Shown: in pieces, positions 59,459 to 64,000 of the stretch
How positions within the stretch are numbered: position 1 is the first letter of the stretch
Layout of the letters: every line of letters begins with the position of its first letter
Assembly (NCBI GenBank): GCA_043228905.1
Contig: JBHGNT010000012.1
Span: 8,556,001 to 8,620,000, forward strand
Direction: 5' to 3'
DNA length: 64,000 nucleotides
Origin: Azolla caroliniana
Taxonomy: Eukaryota; Plantae; Polypodiophyta
Position numbers and translations under genes: made by a program
Notes under the pieces: generated by a model
The model's database searches: none
Told to the model about the DNA's origin: nothing
What the model saw: only the letters and a program-made list of their open reading frames with translations

Positions 59459-62400
59459 TATCTTAAATACTTTCTCGCTAAAACTAGCGTAAACTTCGAA
59501 TCCTTCCAGTCCAGAACCCCGACGGTTTCGCCTCACGATCCACGCCTAGTGACGGATCTTCACGACATAATTAAGTGGTAGATGTCGTGAAGAGCGGTAC
59601 GGGAGGATGAAGATGAATGACGAATATCTCATGAAAGAAATGTCAAAGATGATGATGGAATTTTTGAGGGAAGGGAAAAGACGAGGTGCGGCCCAACAAG
59701 CCGTCGAAAGCGTGGTCAAACGAGTCAGATGTTTCAACGGGGGCGAAGTGCAAAATTTTCTAAAGGCGTACAATGCCGAGATGGATTCGAGAGGTGTGAA
59801 CGAAGCAACGAGGCTAGAGTACTTTTGTCGAGTGGTGGCCGAACCAATCTACAAAGAGATGAAAGAGCTTCAAAAACTTCACGATCCATGGGTGTCCTTC
59901 GAGGAAGCTTTATGAGAGGCATATGGTTATGAAGAGCTAAAGGGACGAGGTCTATACGTGTTTGACCAATGGGTGTCATCAACGAAGACCCACCAAAGTG
60001 CTATGCATGCATTTGTTGAGTTTGAGTGTCGCTTCACTCAACTCTCGGAGAGGGATCAAGGATTGGTGGGGGCGAGTAAATTCCTTATGTTCGTAAAGTC
60101 GGTTGATCGAAAGGAAAGGAAGGCACTTGGAATCCAACTTGAAGACGATGATGGAGCAAATGGCCTCACCGAGAATTGGGCTGAAGTTGAAAGAGTATGC
60201 CGGCGACATGACAAGAGGAAGATGGGAATCTTGTCGACATTGTCACGACCCATGAGGGAAGATCAAAGAAGAACGGGATGCAATACACCACCACTGAAGG
60301 AAGAAAACTCGAAGAGGGAAGATTCAATACTCAACATTGAAGCCTCAATGAGAGAAGCATTCAAGAACTTAAAGGTGCAAGGTGATGCTGAAGAGGAGCT
60401 TAAAATGGAGCGAAAACCGAGGAGAATAGTGATCAAAGAAAAAGAGACCTCCCAACAAATATGGGTTAATGAAGTGGCCGATACAAAGGCTCAAGTTTTT
60501 TATGACAATACCAAGAGAAAAGGTGCAAAACAAGTCACCTTCTCATATTGCAGAGAAACAAGGGTCAAAGATAATGCCAAAGAATCGAGAGTGGGAAATG
60601 CCGCTCTAAGACTGGACAAGCCTTTCGGAACACACATTGTGTTCGAAATATCAAGTGATGAAGGTGCAAGCGTGAGCAAAGCTTGGGTGATCGAGGGAGA
60701 TAAAGATGCGAGGTCGACGTGATTGAGGAGGTAGCCACAAGAAACGATATCAAGACAGAGATGGCTATGGACGAGTCAATGGCGGATGGTCGTGTTGAGA
60801 CTTTCCCAACACTTGATCTAGAGACTTGGGCAGTTGCGTTCGAGAGCCAACATGAGACCCAAGAGACAGAAAGTGGTGGGGAAGCAAAGATTGAAGCCAA
60901 TGCGAATAACAACGTTGACGGAAAGATTGCTATGGATGAGAAGACAGGGACCGATGGTGCCGAGGTTCTCCCCACAATTGTTCCTGACACTTCGGCAGTT
61001 GTGCCCAATTGCCAACGTGAGACCAGAGAGATGGAAGGTGGCGAAAGGAAATTGAAGGAACGAAACTGTGATGAGGACGACGAGGTGAATGACCATAGAC
61101 AAAGGGATCCCTCCACACCGGTTCCGAAGACTTTGACAGTTGTGTCTGAGAGCCAACATAAGACCAGAGAGATGGAAGGTGGCAGCGAGGAGATGAGGGT
61201 TGAAGCCAGCGCATACAGAGGAGTGGTGGCCAACAAGGAGGCCAGAAACAAAGCTACAATAGAGTTCGATGAAGAGCTAGAGAGCGGCAAGAAAGGCGAC
61301 GAAGTTGCTTTGACTACTGAACCATGCGTGTTTGTTAAACTTGTGAATTGGATGATTGGGCAGGGGCCTACAAGGTTACCCCTGCTTTACGCAGGGTTTC
61401 AACTCCCGGGAAAAAACTTCGTGGAATTGGGAGGGCGATTCAAAATTGAAACAAAACCAACCGTACCCCAAACTGACACAGGCGCGGTTGGTATTCCGAC
61501 CCGAATGGAAGCCGACCCAGACGGGCCCAACCCAACCGAAACCCGAATGGAAGCCGACCCGGATGGAAGTCGTTCATCTGAGTCTGATTTGGCCAAATGC
61601 AAATCTGAACAAAGGCCAACCAAGCGAGAAGTTGATTGGTCGAGACCGATCCAGACAAAAGTTGAGCTGACCTAACCGTAGGTTGAAGCAGACGAACCGC
61701 GACACCCGGTCAAGGCTAGTGAGCATGAGGAACGGCAAGCATGAGACGAGAAAGGCTGATCGGAAGAAGTTTGATGACCAAGGAGATGGTCAGGATGAAG
61801 GCGGCACATGTACGATGCATGAAGGGTTACGCTCAAGAGGAGCAAAAGGGGCTATGCCAAGTGGTCATGGCAATGCGAAGGGCGAACGAATGATATGGTT
61901 GATCGGGTGGCGACGATGGTTCGGGTGGAAGGAATGCATGTGCTCAAAATGGAGGACAAAGAGGTGTAAGAAAGAAAGAAATCAAAGGCCAACCACCTTT
62001 GAGTCCACCACATCACTCTTTTCTTCTTGGCACACGCCGGAGGATGTGCGGTTTGGTGGGGGTGGATGTCGTGATGTTGCGTGTCCAATGGGAGAAATTG
62101 TGAAATAGAGTACTTCCACCGTACCCACATTACACAAACGATTATAAATATGAAAATTATCCTAGGGCCTAGTGGCATTCGAGTGCATATAGAGAGGTGC
62201 AAGCAAGATTTGAACCTTGCACTTCCGAGATAGAAGACATTTATCTTACCATTAGGGCAACTACCAAGTACTTTAATGTTATGTAAATTTCTTTTCATAT
62301 TCAAAAGACATAGGAAAACAACCGTACAAAACTGTGTGCACAAAACCATGTTCCAAGCCCATGGTTTTGTGCATGCCACAAGAAAAACCGTGTGCCCAAA

Positions 62401-62610
62401 AACCATGGGTCCAAACCCATGGTTTTGTGCATGGATAGACCTATAAACACCCTCATAAGGCTTGTGTAAAGGGGGGGCTCAATATGTAATATCATTATCA
62501 TCACCATCAATATAATCTTCTTCTTAATCTTCTTCTTGAAATCTATCTTCTTCTCAAGTGCAAAATCTTTGATCTTCTCAAGTGTAACATTAGTTTCCTC
62601 GATTCCTACA
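59459..62610 (+). mobile_element. Ty3/gypsy-derived element lacking pol: gag, acidic ORF, PPT and 3' LTR (62067-62610)
   Basis: FNGGEVQNFLKAYNAEM gag N-terminus; E/D-rich ORF 60719..61675; ggtgggggtgga then TGT...ACA with a TATA. Confidence 0.7.
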
Positions 62611-63521
62611 TACACATCGTCATCTTTTCGACAATTTCGCGAACGTCCTCCCCGGTCTAAGACCCCGGTGGTCCCGCTCAAGTGAAGCACGCATGCACGC
62701 ACATCTTCGCGACACCGTGTAGTGCGAGCTTTGTCGGTTTTCCCGACCGGTTTTGCCGGATCCAGATTTTTCTGAATTGGCGCACTTCTTCCAGCACTCG
62801 CTCTCTCTGTGGCCTTTCTTGCCACAGTACCAGCATTCCGTGTCGGTCTTTCCTTGCCGGTTCCCGACACCGCTTTGACTCCCCCTGCTTGTGGAGGGTC
62901 TGGAACTGTTGTTGGCACTACCTCTGTGCCTTTGGTCCTGCTCTTGTCAGCCACCTCCATTGTGTGCCGACCCACCTCGTCCACCACATCCATGGGGCCG
63001 ATCTGTCTCTGTGTACAGCATCCGGTCATCCGATTGAGTGGTCCTCGACCCACTCGCGTGGTTTTCTTCTACCATCAGCATCGATTGCAAGTCGAAGAAA
63101 GTCGGTGGCTTCTCCTGGGTGCAAATCATTTTCCGGATTGGCCCGTACTTTTGCGCTAGTCCACCGAGGCAGATTTGTACCATCTTGTCTTCGTCCACCG
63201 TCACGTTGATGGACCCAAGTGCGTCACAAATCTCCTTTATTTTGGTGGTGTAATCCGTAACCAACATGTCTCTTAACCGGATGTTGTTCAACTCTTACTG
63301 GAGCTACAACTTACGGGTTGTGGTACTCACGGCGAAAATCTTCCTCAGATTTCCCCAGGCCTCCTTCAGCGTTTTTGCATCCTTTATGTAGCCGAGCATC
63401 TGGTCGTGCACACAAGATGCGAGGCAGTACAATACTCGGCTCGCTCCTTGCTCCCATACCGGGAAGTCATTGTGTGTCGGCTCCAACGATAACTCGTTCG
63501 TTCCTTCCACAAAGCTCCAAT
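62611..63521 (-). pseudogene. copia gag fragment (copia-B/C family)
   Basis: YCLASCVHDQML..EAWGNLRKIF and ICDALGSINV..FFDLQSMLMVEENH match 43628..44008. Confidence 0.85.
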
Positions 63522-64000
63522 TGTCACGGATCATAAACTCAAGAGACAACGAAGAAGATAACCAAATGGACAAGAAAGAATATATTACTAAAGGAAAGAC
63601 TCCATAACTGGTGTTGTTCACCTTGAATTCCTTCAAGGTGAACTCCTCTATTTATACTACATGGCATGCATACTTGTTGCACGCATGTGAATCTACAATA
63701 GAGCATGTAGGTATGCATGCATGTGCCAAGTGTAAATACTACAAGGGAGCAACTATGCACATGATGCTAGCAAAATAATAAGGAACAATTACATACATAA
63801 CTAGTACTAGATATCTTGGTTAACTCATAATAGTAGATTATAACATGGTCGTGTCAAGAGTTCGAATCTTGACATTATCCCCCCTCTTACGCCGCCGCCT
63901 TCCCAAATCGGCCGCTGGTTTGTGGGGATATCGGTGATGAAAATCTTGGACGACCTCTGGGGCATTTTGTAAATTTTCCGATGGTTCCCATGTGGCCTCA
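63522..64000 (-). mobile_element. 3' end of a second chromovirus: chromodomain, PPT and LTR (63522-63874)
   Basis: EATWEPSENLQNAPEVVQDFHHRYP, PPT gaggggggataa, TGTCA..TGACA termini. Confidence 0.9.

Overview
This is TE-dense eukaryotic DNA, most likely from a non-seed land plant (bryophyte, lycophyte or fern). That assignment is inferred from Tcn1-like chromoviruses, plant L1 and copia types, and a HIPP-like relic. Almost the whole window is nested mobile DNA, and most insertion boundaries can be fixed by target-site duplications (TSDs). Main components: (1) a 12.5-kb DNA transposon (6821-19356; 27-bp GGG-terminal TIRs, 4-bp CTAA TSD) with an intact 3-exon Sola2-type transposase (813 aa), a convergent intact 6-exon coiled-coil/RING-H2 gene (about 950 aa), a probable captured URB2/NPA2 fragment and satellite-filled introns; (2) a young Tcn1-like chromovirus (21581-27257) with a self-priming site, a -1 frameshift signal and a tRNA-like A/B-box module in its LTR; (3) an Athila-like Ty3/gypsy element (30872-40974) with an extra coiled-coil ORF and no polypurine tract, carrying instead a second, oppositely oriented tRNA-Arg-like primer site; a different LTR family at 1257-1619 shows the same arrangement; (4) several copia elements, three L1 LINEs, a solo LTR, a hAT MITE, a two-module tRNA-derived SINE and a decayed two-HMA-domain HIPP gene. 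The two leading novelty candidates are the apparent dual-tRNA priming of an LTR lineage and the RING-ligase-carrying Sola2 element. All family assignments come from motif recognition, not database searches.
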